From the NCBI GenBank assembly GCA_964016885.1, contig OZ024751.1, positions 43,586,001-43,650,000 on the forward strand: a DNA stretch of 64,000 nucleotides, in the 5' to 3' direction. Position 1 is the stretch's first letter. Each line of letters begins with the position of its first letter. Origin of the DNA: Eledone cirrhosa. Lineage: Eukaryota. This document shows positions 42,700-54,619 of the stretch, one piece after another. The notes beneath the pieces were generated by a model, which made no database searches, was not told where the DNA came from, and saw only the letters and a list, made by a program, of their open reading frames with translations. Made by a program: the position numbers and the translations under genes.

Positions 42700-43347
42700 T
42701 TGTGGCAGTGTGTGTAGGGAGGGGTGTGGCAGTGTGTGTGTGTAGGGAGGGGTGTGGCAGTGTGTGTGTGTAGGGAGGGGTGTGGCAGTGTGTGTGTGTA
42801 GGGAGGGGTGTGGCAGTGTGTGTGTGTAGGGAGGGGTGTGGCAGTGTGTGTGTGTAGGGAGGGGTGTGGCAGTGTGTGTGTAGGGAGGGTTGTGGCAGTG
42901 TGTGTGTGTATAGGGAGAGTTGTGGCAGTGTGTGTGTGTGTAGGGAGGGTTGTGGCAGTGTGTGTGTGTGTAGGGAGGGTTGTGGCAGTGTGTGTGTAGG
43001 GAGGGGTGTGGCAGTGTGTGTGTAGGGAGGGGTGTGGCAGTGTATGTGTGTGTAGGGAGAGTTGTGGCAGTGTGTGTGTGTGTAGGGAGGGTTGTGGCAG
43101 TGTGTGTGTGTGTAGGGAGGGGTGTGGCAGTGTGTGTGTGTGTAGGGAGAGTTGTGGCAGTGTGTGTGTGTGTAGGGAGGGGTGTGGCAGTGTGTGTGTA
43201 GGGAGGGGTGTGGCAGTGTGTGTGTGTGTAGGGAGAGTTGTGGCAGTGTGTGTGTGTTTAGGGAGGATTGTGGCAGTGTGTGTGTAGGGAGGGGTGTGGC
43301 AGTGTGTGTGTGTAAGGAGAGTTGTGGCAGTGTGTGTGTAGGGAGGG
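42700..43347. repeat. G-rich minisatellite gtggcag(tg)n-tagggaggg, 27-33 bp
   Basis: About 21 units with a variable (TG) core. Confidence 0.92.
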
Positions 43348-43606
43348 ATGATGCAAATTACCACTTTCCATCCATTTCCTCTCACTAAATATTGATATTA
43401 TTAAACCAACCATAACTGATATTATTGGAAATCATTATCCCACTGTTGGTTATGGTCACCATTACTGAAAACTATCAAGCCATCACTGTCCTTCATGCCA
43501 CAACATCTACACCACCTGATAACCACCACTAACAACCACCATATTCTCCTCCCCTACCTACCAGCCACCAAATCCCCCCTCCTAACAACCATCACATCCC
43601 CCCACC

Positions 43607-44551
43607 TAACAACCAACACCACACCGTTCCAGTGTACCACAACTCCCCTCCCTATCAAACTTAACAACCAACACCACACCGTTCCAGTGTACCACAACTC
43701 CCCTCCCTATCAAACCTAACAACCAACACCACACCGTTCCAGTGTACCACAACTCCCCTCCCTATCCAACCTAACAACCAACACCACACCGTTCCAGTGT
43801 ACCACAACTCCCCTCCCTATCCAACCTAACAACCAACACCACACCGTTCCAGTGTACCACAACTCCCCTCCCTATCAAACTTAACAACCAACACCACACC
43901 GTGTTCCAGTGTACCACAACTCCCCTCCCTATCAAACTTAACAACCAACACCACACCGTTCCAGTGTACCACAACTCCCCTCCCTATCAAACCTAACAAC
44001 CAACACCACACCGTTCCAGTGTACCACAACTCCCCCTCCCTATCAAACTTAACAACCAACACCACACCGTTCCAGTGTACCACAACTCCCCTCCCTATCA
44101 AACCTAACAACCAACACCACACCGTTCCAGTGTACCACAACTCCCCTCCCTATCAAACTTAACAACCAACACCACACCGTGTTCCAGTGTACCACAACTC
44201 CCCTCCCTATCAAACTTAACAACCAACACCACACCGTTCCAGTGTACCACAACTCCCCTCCCTATCAAACTTAACAACCAACACCACACCGTTCCAGTGT
44301 ACCACAACTCCCCTCCCTATCAAACTTAACAACCAACACCACACCGTTCCAGTGTACCACAACTCCCCTCCCTATCAAACTTAACAACCAACACCACACC
44401 GTTCCAGTGTACCACAACTCCCCTCCCTATCAAACTTAACAACCAACACCACACCGTGTTCCAGTGTACCACAACTCCCCTCCCTATCAAACTTAACAAC
44501 CAACACCACACCGTTCCAGTGTACCACAACTCCCCTCCCTATCAAACTTAA
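43607..44551. repeat. 55-bp minisatellite, ~17 units
   Basis: aacaaccaacaccacaccgttccagtgtaccacaactcccctccctatcaaactt. Confidence 0.95.
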
Positions 44552-44642
44552 CTGTGTGTTTACTAGTTATGGAAATAACTGTTGCCTTTTCCACAAGTGT
44601 TGAGTTCTCTCTCAACTTGTTGAATATATACACATACATGTA

Positions 44643-44687
<45 letters not shown>

Positions 44688-44893
44688 GTATGTATGTATG
44701 TATATAATGCCCAACCCATGCAAGCGTGGAAAAACAGATGTGAAAACGATGATGATGATGATGATGATGATGATGAATATTGAAGGGGAGGAGAGTTAAA
44801 AGAGAGAAACATAATGGAAAATTTTATAAGTGTGGGGGGGGTGCAGGCAAACAATATATAGTTTGTAATGAGATCGTTCTTGCAGAAATACAG

Positions 44894-44947
<54 letters not shown>

Positions 44948-44974
<27 letters not shown>

Positions 44975-45280
44975 TTTATATTATATATATATATATATAT
45001 TTTATATTATATATATATATATATATTTTATATTATATATATATATATATATTTTATATTATATATATATATATATATTTTATATTATATATATATATAT
45101 ATATTTTATATTATATATATATATATATATTTTATATTATATATATATATATATATTTTATATTATATATATATATATTTTATATATATATATATATTTT
45201 ATATATATATATATATTTTATATTATATATATATATATATATTTTATATATATATATATATTATATATATTATATATATA

Positions 45281-45350
<70 letters not shown>
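44948..45350. repeat. Pure AT tract with ttttatatt(at)n ~25-bp periodicity
   Basis: About 400 bp without G or C. Confidence 0.92.
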
Positions 45351-45358
<8 letters not shown>

Positions 45359-45769
45359 CACACATCAGTCAGTCGTGCTGTGTGTGTAGCATTCACTCAT
45401 GCAGTATGTTTGTATGTATCACTCATTCATGCAATATAAATTATTAAGAGTGTGTAAAAATAAAACCCACCCATGTCTATACAGGTATAAAAGCCGAGCT
45501 ATGTATGTGATCGGTTGGTTTGAATAATTCATAGAGTCATGCTCTGACATGTTGAAACTAGTTCCAACAAATGGAGCTTTGGTTCTTCTCGGCAGCGGCG
45601 CTGGCTGGTTTATTTCGATCTGTTTAGTTTTGGGGAGGGGAACAATAGCTGTTTCTCTTTCTTGCTTGCAATCTGGCTTCAAATGGCAGACAGTTAAGGA
45701 GGGACTGCTTACTGCAGTTGTCTGGCTGTGTGTGTGTGGGGGGGGGGGATACACCACCTGTCCTATCCC

Positions 45770-45813
<44 letters not shown>

Positions 45814-45869
45814 ATCTCCACTCTCAACACTACCTTTCCAAACTTGTTGGGGACACTGCTAGCATCCTA

Positions 45870-46450
45870 GTGCTGTAATAAGGTAGTGTTGGTGTTGCAA
45901 TAAAATACTTGCATTTCACCCTGTAAAGTGTTAGTGTTTCTGTCATGATAAAAAGCACCCAAGTCTCTCTGTAAAGTATGTACCTGGTACACATTGTAAA
46001 GTGTTAGTGTTGGTGCCACGATAAAATGCATCCACCCTTCTCTGTTAAGTGATTTTGTTTTGTTGCCACAATGATATGTACCCACCCCTCAATGTAACGT
46101 TGTGTTGGTGCCATGATAAAATGCTCTCAGCTCACTCTGTAAAGGGGTAATACTGGTGCCACAATAAAATGCTATCAGCCCACTCTCTGAAAAGTAGTAG
46201 TGCTGGTGTCATGATAAAATGTATCCAGTGCACCACGTAATGTATTGCTGGTGCCACAATAAAATGCAATCAGCCCACTCTCTGTAAAGTAGTAGTGCTG
46301 GTGTCATGATAAAATCTATCCAGTTCACAATGTAACGTGGTATTGTTTGTGCCACAATAAAAAGCACCCAACCCACTTTGTAAATTGATAGTGTTGACAC
46401 CACAATAAAACACTCTCAATACATGCAGTAAAGTGGTTGGCATTTCAAGC
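45870..46450. repeat. Degenerate ~45-bp tandem repeat, reverse-orientation relative of 450-716
   Basis: ctgtaaag...gttggtgccacaataaaa recurring. Confidence 0.65.
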
Positions 46451-46813
46451 CAAATATTAAACATGCCCTCTTGGCTGGTCGAGCCTCAGAATGTGACAAC
46501 CCATCAAACCTACATAAGCATACAATATAGACATTATCACATTGTTTCTTTGTTTCTGATAATTTGTTACAAATTCCTTTTTTTCCCCCCTTACTTGGTC
46601 TATAACAGTATCTTTTTGTTTTCTTCTTCAGATTCTTCATAAAAGTCCCACTAACCTAAGTCAGAAAACCTGTCAAAACATGAGGTCAGTTTACTGTTAT
46701 CATTGCTTTGTATCTTTGTTTAATATTTCTTGTTTTATAAATGAGGGCTGTGTGGTGGTTTCATAAGGGTCTCTTCATAAATATGGGGTAATATATATAT
46801 GTATATATATATA

Positions 46814-46864
<51 letters not shown>

Positions 46865-46867
<3 letters not shown>

Positions 46868-47083
46868 TTCAGCGAGAATCGCATTTCGGCAGGTAGAAAA
46901 GGGGAAACGAAATGCAAAACTCAGAAATGATGCTGGCAAGCGCTCGATAATTAAAAAACTAGAGCTAAACAATATGTTAAGAGGCCATACAAAACTGAAA
47001 TAGTGGTCAAGAAAGCGTCAACCACTTAAGCCAAAATGCAAATCAAGCTAAACAGGTCAAAACAAAATAAAATAAATGATAAT
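46865..47083 (-). mobile_element. Unclassified TA-embedded insert, family F
   Basis: Unique ~220-bp island between TA tracts with the shared motif (agcgctcgata, 46939-46949). Confidence 0.5.
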
Positions 47084-47449
47084 ATATAATATATATATAT
47101 ATATAATATATTTATATATATAATATAATATGTATACTACTTAAGAGACATCAGAGATATGATTTATCAGACTAAGTAGGATTGTTTAGATATGTTTGTC
47201 TGGGTGTGGTTGTATAGAGTTGACAATGCATGTCAAGTATGTGTATATATGTATATATATGTGTGTGTGTATGTTTGTGTGTGTGGTGCAGTTAATATAA
47301 TAGAGAAGGTGGGTGGCATTATACAGTGTTAGTACATACATTTATTAAATTGTTACAGATTTCCAGCACCATTGGTGGTCAATATGTCTGACTGCACTAA
47401 GGGGGGACATACATATATAGACATTTACAGAATAAGAAGAATGTGTATG

Positions 47450-47780
47450 TATGTGTAAGGGGGCCAGGGGCAGTATGTGTGTGTGTGTGTGTAAGGGAGC
47501 TAAGGGCAGTATGTGTTTGTGTGTAAGGGGGCCAGAGGCAGTATGTGTGTGTAAGGGGGCCAAGTATGTGTGTGTGTAAGGGAGCCAAGGCCAGTATGTG
47601 TGTGTAAGGGGGCCAAGGGCAGTATATGTGTGTAAGGGGGCCAAGGGCAGTATGTGTGTGTGTAAAGGGGCCAAGGGCAGTATGTGTGTGTGTAAGGGAG
47701 CCAGGGGCAGTATGTGTATGTGTAAGGAAGCCAAGGGCAGTATGTATGTGTGTGTGTGTGTGTAAGGCAGCCAGGAGCAG
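47450..47780. repeat. ~30-bp minisatellite (tg)n-taagggggccaagggcagta
   Basis: About 11 units. Confidence 0.9.
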
Positions 47781-48310
47781 CACTTGTGTGTGCAGGTGTG
47801 GTATATTTGTGTGTGTGTGTAGTATATGTGTGTATGGCAGTGGTGTCCACGTGTGTGGGTTAGCAATACAAAAGAAGATAAACCAACATATTTACAGTCA
47901 GCAACCTCAAACACACACACATACACCAATAACACACCAGCAGCACCACCACCCCTCACACACACACTGCACCCACACACACACACATACACCAATAACA
48001 CACCAGCAGCACCACCACCTCTCACACACATACACCAGCCAACACCCCTACACACTCACATACTCCATAACATACCAACACCCATTGTTAGTAGGAATTT
48101 GGGACATTGCATGAAAATATTTTATTTTAGTTATAATCATAACACATACACACAGAACAAGGTGTACACATATAATCAAATACATCTCTCCCTCTATATA
48201 TATGTGTGTGCGTGTGTATATGTGTGTGTGTGTGTGTGTATATATACGTGTGTGTGTATATATATGTGTGTGTGTGTGCATATGTATATGTGTATATATG
48301 TATATATATA

Positions 48311-48881
48311 GGGCGATCAAAATGTATAAAAAAATGCAGGGCGATCAAAATAGATGGAAGCTACGGAGTAGGCATACCCAGAAAAACCTGGGACGATTTG
48401 ATAAATTCCGACCTTACACACTTACACCTCTCCAAGACAATGTCACTGGACCGAGATCTTTGGCGCTACGCAGTAATATAGAAGACCCGCCTTGCCTAAG
48501 TACAAAGCGAAACCTACAGTCAGTAGGCACCTCCTAACCAAAAATACATCCCCGTCCCACTACCCCTTCTCCCACCCCCATCTACACCACCCCTTTCTCT
48601 GTAAAGTTATGTTGGTGCCACAACATCCAGTCCTAAATAAATGAGGTGTAGGTGTCACAACAAAAAAACACACAGCCCATGCTGTAATGTGGCCGTGTAG
48701 GTAACACGGTAAAAACCTCCCAGTACACACTGTAAACATGGTTGGTGTTAGGAAGGGCATCCAGCTTTAGAAAACCTGCCAGACAGTCCTATACGAGCGA
48801 GACAACCAATCTTGCCTCACATGGGACAATTCCCGTCCAAACCCATGCTACCGTGGAAGATAGACGTTAAACGATGATGAT
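48311..48881 (+). mobile_element. RTE family 1, 3' fragment (more diverged)
   Basis: KCRAIKIDGSYGVGIPRKTWDDLINSDL, 3' UTR and tail. Confidence 0.92.
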
Positions 48882-48993
48882 ATATATCCAAAATGGCTGA
48901 CTGATGAATATGCACATATTTTTTTCTCATTTTTTTTCATTTCCTTCCTCTTCTCGCTCTCTATCTTTCTGTTTTATCTTATTTCTAATTCTA

Positions 48994-49029
48994 TCTTCTG
49001 ATGAAGGACTAATGTCCAAAACATTGAGA
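48994..49029 (+). ncRNA. Degenerate minimal hammerhead, family H
   Basis: tctt-CTGATGA-aggactaatgtcc-AAAA-ca-TT-gaga; GAAACG replaced by AAAACA, consistent with CpG decay. Confidence 0.55.
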
Positions 49030-49110
49030 CTCTTTTCTGGTTATTTCAAGCGTTAAACTAATATATTTCTTCACTGTACTGTGTCGTTTGCTTTGTTATC
49101 TCTGTTTACC

Positions 49111-49196
<86 letters not shown>

Positions 49197-49200
<4 letters not shown>

Positions 49201-49258
49201 AAATTCAGGACCCCAACGGCTGAGCTCCAGCCGTTTCAACAGCTAGGTCCAAACCGCA
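49197..49258 (-). mobile_element. Family B fragment (3' half of hammerhead)
   Basis: Minus strand GAAA-cggctg-gagct-cagccg-TT-ggggt in (TA)n. Confidence 0.7.
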
Positions 49259-49274
49259 TATATATATATATATA

Positions 49275-49371
49275 CAGGGTGTCCCAAAAATATGTATATA
49301 CACTTTGATTACCTGTGCAGGCAATATTTATTAGAATATTGTTGAAGTGTGTATACATTTTTAGAGGACAC

Positions 49372-49375
<4 letters not shown>
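49275..49375. mobile_element. Tc1/mariner-type MITE, ~100 bp
   Basis: TIRs cagggtgtcc...ggacaccctg with subterminal tgtatatacactt/aagtgtgtataca; second copy at 55503-55602. Confidence 0.8.
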
Positions 49376-49411
<36 letters not shown>

Positions 49412-49412
<1 letters not shown>

Positions 49413-49595
49413 CATCATCATCATCATCAGGTCGAGCTTGCTCGGCTTTCTACGACACGTTTCCTCCATCCATCTCTGTCTCTCATAGTGTTTGCCAGTT
49501 CTTCCGCAGTGCATCCAGTATTGTCCTCAAGTTGCTCCATTCTTCTTGGGACGACCAGTGTTTCTTGCTCCATGAGATGGACTCCATAACAACAC
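49412..49595 (-). mobile_element. RTE family 3, 3' fragment
   Basis: VLLWSPSHGARNTGRPK then, after a frameshift, ...MRDRDGWRKRV; (GAT)n tail. Confidence 0.75.
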
Positions 49596-50263
49596 ATATA
49601 TCATCATCATCATTTTACGTCCGCTTTTCCCTGCTTGCAAATCATCATCATCATCATCATCGTTTAACGTCCATCTTCCACGCTTGCATATATATAGTGC
49701 AACCAATGCATTCTGTAGAGTGCTGGGATGTATGTGAGTGGCCATTAGCTCCAATTAAGTAGTGTCTTGTTGTTTAGCCCTGGGTCAACTCTGATTGGGC
49801 AAACCTGTCACCAAAGACAAGACATGGCAGTCATGACCATATATGTCGAACCACATTATCCAATGTGTCCATCATTGTTTTCAAACAATAGGATATGGTT
49901 TGAGGGAATTTGGCTGCTATATCTAACCGGTTGAGTGACTACACAAAGGCTCCCTTGTTAGTTTGTACCGGTGATATTCTCAGGTTTAGCTAATTGATTA
50001 TATATTTCTCTTCTCTCGCTCGTTCGCTCTCCCCACCCAAAACTTTCCTTTGTGTTATACCAGAAATCAATATTATCAATAATTTTGCTAATTATGTATG
50101 ATGAATTAATTAATTTTTCTCTGTTTAAAACACAGCTGGATAAAAACACGCACACACACACACAAAAAAAAAAAAAAAAATCTCAAAATAAATAATGTAA
50201 AGTGTTAAGTTAATGATTTCTGGAGAAAATAAAAAAGAAATTCGTTGATGAGATGTGAGGTGT

Positions 50264-50294
<31 letters not shown>

Positions 50295-51442
50295 GGGTGA
50301 GATATTCAATTTAAAACTTTAAACCAGATAAAATAATCTATAAAAGCTTATGAATTTGAAATAATCTCAGTTGTAGTTATTTTAAAGGCTTTTAGCCCTT
50401 TTCATGCCAAACTGCCTGAAACTCTCCCTGGTTCTATTGATACAAAACTGTTTGTTGTAAAGAGTTTATTTATATTTGTCTAAAAACCGTCCATCATAAT
50501 TTTATGTAGTTTTATGTAAGAACCTTTGTTATGTTATGCTCCAAACACCTGTTTAATAATGAAAAGGTTATTTTTTATTATAAATCCCTAAAAAATTCCT
50601 GATTATTTTCAAAAATACATGAAAAGCCATAGGAGACAATGTCTTTCATAATAAATATAATAAGGAAAGGGTTAAATGTTTATATTTATCTAAAATCCTT
50701 CCATCTTAATTTTATGTAAGAACCTTTACGTTATCCTCCAAATGCCAGTTTTATAATGAGAAGGTTGATTTCATTACTAAATCACTCCAAATTCTTGATT
50801 ATTTTTCTAAATTATTTGAAAGCTGTTTGGCAGTGTCATTTAGAAATATGGTAATGAAAGAGTTAATCAGGTTCAGGAATAAAGTTCTGAAAACATTGGA
50901 AATATATTTTGATGTTGAAGTAGTTGTAGTTGTTATTTTATTTTTTTTTTTTAATAATTATCGGTAAAATCTTATTTGCTTGATGGAATAATTTTGTAAA
51001 TCAGGACATTTTTCACAAACTACAAATATCAATTAAATTATGTAATGTTTTTCAATAAAAAAAAAAATCAAATATTGAAAATAAGGTGGAGAGGAGAGGG
51101 CAGACTCTGTGCCCCTACCCCCTCTCATACACTCACACACTTAAGGTGGCAATTTTCAGTTGTGCCCTGCAGACAAGATGGCAAAAATCACTGCAGCAGA
51201 GAACAGCCAATGACATCTGCTGCAGTGATAGACTCCACACTCCAGTCTAGCTGGTATATCTTGGCTGTGACCCACAGCTGCAGTGGCCCACTTTATACCC
51301 CAGTCTAGATGGTATATTTCAGCTATGACCCACAAAGAAAATGTCGAGGACATTGCTGCAATGGCAGACTTTACACTTCAGTCTAATGGTATATCTCGGC
51401 TATGACCAACAGACAAAATGTCGAAGGCATTCCTGCAGACAA

Positions 51443-51900
51443 CAGCCACTGACACCCACTGCATCAGCCACACCACCTCAGTGGGGGCTCCTTCGTTGGG
51501 TAGAATGCACTCTTCCTAAGATGACAAAAACATTGCTGCAGAGAACAGCCAGTGACATCTACTACATCAGCCACACCACCTCATGGAATGCTTTCCTCAG
51601 GTAGCATGCACTTTTCCAAAGATAACATAAGCATATCCCTGGCAAAACAGCCAGTGACACCCACTGCATCAGCCACACCACCTCAGTGGGGGCTCCTTCG
51701 TTGGGTAGAATGCACTCTTCCTAAGATGACAAAAACATTGCTGCAGAGAACAGCCAGTGACATCTACTACATCAGCCACACCACCTCATGGAATGCTTTC
51801 CTCAGGTAGCATGCACTTTTCCAAAGATAACATAAGCATATCCCTGGCAAAACAGCCAGTGACACCCACTGCATCAGCCACACCATCTCATGGGGCTCCT
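51443..51900. repeat. 205-bp tandem duplication (2.2 copies) built of ~102-bp subunits
   Basis: cagccaStgaca at 51443, 51546, 51648, 51751 and 51853; alternate units near-identical. Confidence 0.9.
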
Positions 51901-52152
51901 TTCTCATGTGGATAGTACTCCTTTCAATTTTGCAGAGATAAATGGCAGTTTAGAGGGGGGGGGGGGCAATGAGGGCAGTATAGGTCCCGACAGCAACCAG
52001 CACAAAAAGGAACTCGGGTAATCAAGTCCCAATACTTGGCAATCTTCCTCTCCTCCTCGTTAATGGATGACAGTGCTGGAATTTGTAGCAAGATAGACAG
52101 AAAGAGAAAATGGAAGATAAACTGTCATGTCAGCAAACTGATTCTTAATATA

Positions 52153-52190
<38 letters not shown>

Positions 52191-52394
52191 TTTTGTCTTC
52201 TAATCAGAAATATTTTGAATTTCTTTCACATATAATAAATGTGTAATTTTTCACACCTTGTAACCTTGTCATATATATATCTTGAAATTCATTTATTGAT
52301 TCTGAATTACAATTATTTAGAATTCACTGTATTTGATTGCTGGTGTGTTGCTTAATCTCTGCAGTCTAAGCTAATTTCTCACAAAGAGACAGAC

Positions 52395-52427
<33 letters not shown>

Positions 52428-52429
<2 letters not shown>

Positions 52430-52781
52430 GATATTAACTAAATGGAAACTATATATTTCAGGGATATCACATTAAAAATATGTTATGCCTTCCTCAGACA
52501 AAATACAATATAAACAGTCTTATAAATAGATAGATTTGACATACCTTTCAACTTCAACTTCCATTTAAAAAGTTGATTTGGTAGTATTGTATTTTGTCTG
52601 AGGAAGGCATAACATATTTTTAATGTGATATCCCTGAAATATATATAATGAAATAAATATGGTTTTATAAATATAGTTTCCATTTAGTTAATATCGTAAA
52701 TATACTCCAAATACTTGTTGAGTGCTTTTATATCAGTTATAAATATTTACTCGTTGTAACTCAACAATTTAAATAAAACTT

Positions 52782-52784
<3 letters not shown>
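52428..52784 (+). mobile_element. Fold-back hammerhead element, family A copy 3
   Basis: Inverted arm 52428-~52510 (with an internal deletion) against ~52585-52696, then tail; (TA)n on both sides. Confidence 0.85.
52590..52655 (+). ncRNA. Type I hammerhead ribozyme, family A
   Basis: tattttgt-CTGAGGA-aggcataacat..atgtgatatccct-GAAA-tatata-TA-atgaaata; core differs from copy 1 only at variable position N7. Confidence 0.8.
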
Positions 52785-52831
<47 letters not shown>

Positions 52832-52841
52832 AACCAGTAAG

Positions 52842-52935
52842 ACCCCGACGGCTGAGCTCAAGCCGTTTCGACGGCTAATTCTGGACTAAATGAAAATTTA
52901 TCCTGGTATTTAAATAGCCGAGCTTCTCAAGGGGT
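52842..52935 (-). ncRNA. Type I hammerhead, family B (minus-strand arm)
   Basis: Reverse complement of 52963-53056. Confidence 0.75.
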
Positions 52936-52962
52936 AATTCCACTTTGACCATATATGGAATT

Positions 52963-53056
52963 ACCCCTTGAGAAGCTCGGCTATTTAAATACCAGGATAA
53001 ATTTTCATTTAGTCCAGAATTAGCCGTCGAAACGGCTTGAGCTCAGCCGTCGGGGT
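52963..53056 (+). ncRNA. Type I hammerhead ribozyme, family B, U3-A8 variant
   Basis: acccc-TTGAGAA-gctcggcta..tagccgtc-GAAA-cggct-tgagctc-agccg-TC-ggggt; GUC triplet, predicted cut after 53051. Confidence 0.75.
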
Positions 53057-53160
53057 CTTACTGGTTCCTATTACCCACTCTACTACCCTAAGTATTGAGT
53101 ACTTTGGTGCGTTATGGTCCACCTGGTTCCTTACCACATTTCCTTCGTTATATATATATA

Positions 53161-53293
53161 GTAATAATAATAAAATTGAAGACTAAAATCCAAAGACGGC
53201 TCGATAAGGAAAATATATATCAAATATATCAAATATATAAGAACCGTAGAGCAGCGATTCTTTGCTTAAACTTTAATCTGTTATTTTAATAAA
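53161..53293 (-). mobile_element. TA-embedded insert, family G (long form)
   Basis: Shares both ends with 21257-21323; motif acggctcgata at 53196-53206. Confidence 0.65.
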
Positions 53294-53744
53294 TATATAT
53301 ATATATGTGTGTGTGTGTGTTGTAGATATACATTTATATATGTATCTATATATAGATGTGTATATATATAGAGAGAGAGATGTGTATATGTATATATACA
53401 GATGTGTATATATATAGATATGTATGTATATATATATAGATATAGATGTATATGTATATATATGTATGTATTAAGAATAATATGATAAAGTTATTCTTAA
53501 TATATACACTCTGCTTTAGCATTGACTGTTAATATTGGTATCACGTTCAGTAAACCACTAAACTACCAAATAACCTAAGCTCTCTCTCTCTCTCTATATA
53601 TATATGGGGAAAATCGACTAACTTTTAAATTCTATCTGTGATAACATTTTACACGTTTTTATTGTATGTAAACTTCCCCCTTTGTATTTGTCCCCTTCTT
53701 TTGTGCCCCTGTGGCTAATAAAGAAATATATATATATATATATA

Positions 53745-54173
53745 CTGTATTTGACAACTCATAAGGTGCATGGGCTTATAAGATGTACCTCGATTTAGGA
53801 AGGCATTTAAAAACTAATAATAAATGGGCTTAACCTATGAATGTCAGGTGAAGGAGTATAAAGTTTGTACATTGTATTTTTTGTTGTAATATTTAGTACA
53901 TTTTTAAAACAAAAGAAAGTGAAAATAAATGTATTTTATTCATCATAAAACTTATTAAAATTGTAGCTTTGTTTTTAGAAAAGTGTTGCCATTGTTTAGA
54001 AGCAATCACCACCTTGTTTACATTTGTAGAGATGTTAATTTAAGGGCACCTGCAGCACTAGAACTCTCACAAGCCAATAACCCAAACTGACCTCTCACCT
54101 TATAAGACGCAAAGTGATTTTCTGGGAGATTTAAAAAAAAATTTAAGTACATCTTACAAGTCGTCAAATTCAG
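53745..54173. mobile_element. Tc1/mariner-superfamily (Tc2-like) non-autonomous element
   Basis: TA-ctgtatttgacaactcataag...cttacaagtcgtcaaattcag-TA imperfect TIRs; internal ttataagaYg repeats. Confidence 0.7.
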
Positions 54174-54284
54174 TAAATATAAATATGTATATGTAGTTTA
54201 AGAATAAATGACGAACGCAGAGATACAAAACCACAAAGTCTTATTTATTAGTTTTACACTTGAGAAGAAAGAAGTAAATGAGGC

Positions 54285-54320
54285 TTTCGATGTATCGGAC
54301 ATAAGTCCTTCTTCAGGAAA
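54285..54320 (-). ncRNA. Degenerate minimal hammerhead, family H
   Basis: Minus strand tttc-CTGAAGA-aggacttatgtcc-GATA-ca-TC-gaaa; same stem II as 48994. Confidence 0.55.
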
Positions 54321-54441
54321 TAGCAAGTTTAGAGAGTGTGTGAGAGAGAGAGAAAGAAAAAAATTAGAACAATGGAGTTTGAAAAAAGAAACTTTTAAGA
54401 AAGCTGGGGAGGGTAGGCAAGTAGTTTGATATGTGTGTGTG

Positions 54442-54475
<34 letters not shown>

Positions 54476-54619
54476 ATTTAGTGTTTCTTCTGTTTTCCAG
54501 TAAAACTCCTCTTGGTCTTGGGTGTGCTGCACCAAAAGTCCTTCAACAACAACACTACTGGCGTAAATGTCATTTATTGTAGTAGCGGTGGTATTAATAG
54601 TGGTCATAATAAAGTAGTA

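Larger units (their letters stand above)
52828..53148 (+). mobile_element. Fold-back hammerhead element, family B copy 1
   Basis: Perfect 115-bp arms 52828-52942/52956-53070, 13-nt loop, 78-bp tail, (TA)n on both sides. Confidence 0.88.

Noticed and set aside
42700-43347. Telomere-like G-rich array
   Set aside because: TAGGGAGGGG within a ~30-bp unit, not tandem TTAGGG
48900-48925. CTGATGA followed by a small hairpin
   Set aside because: No GAAA or stems I/III follow
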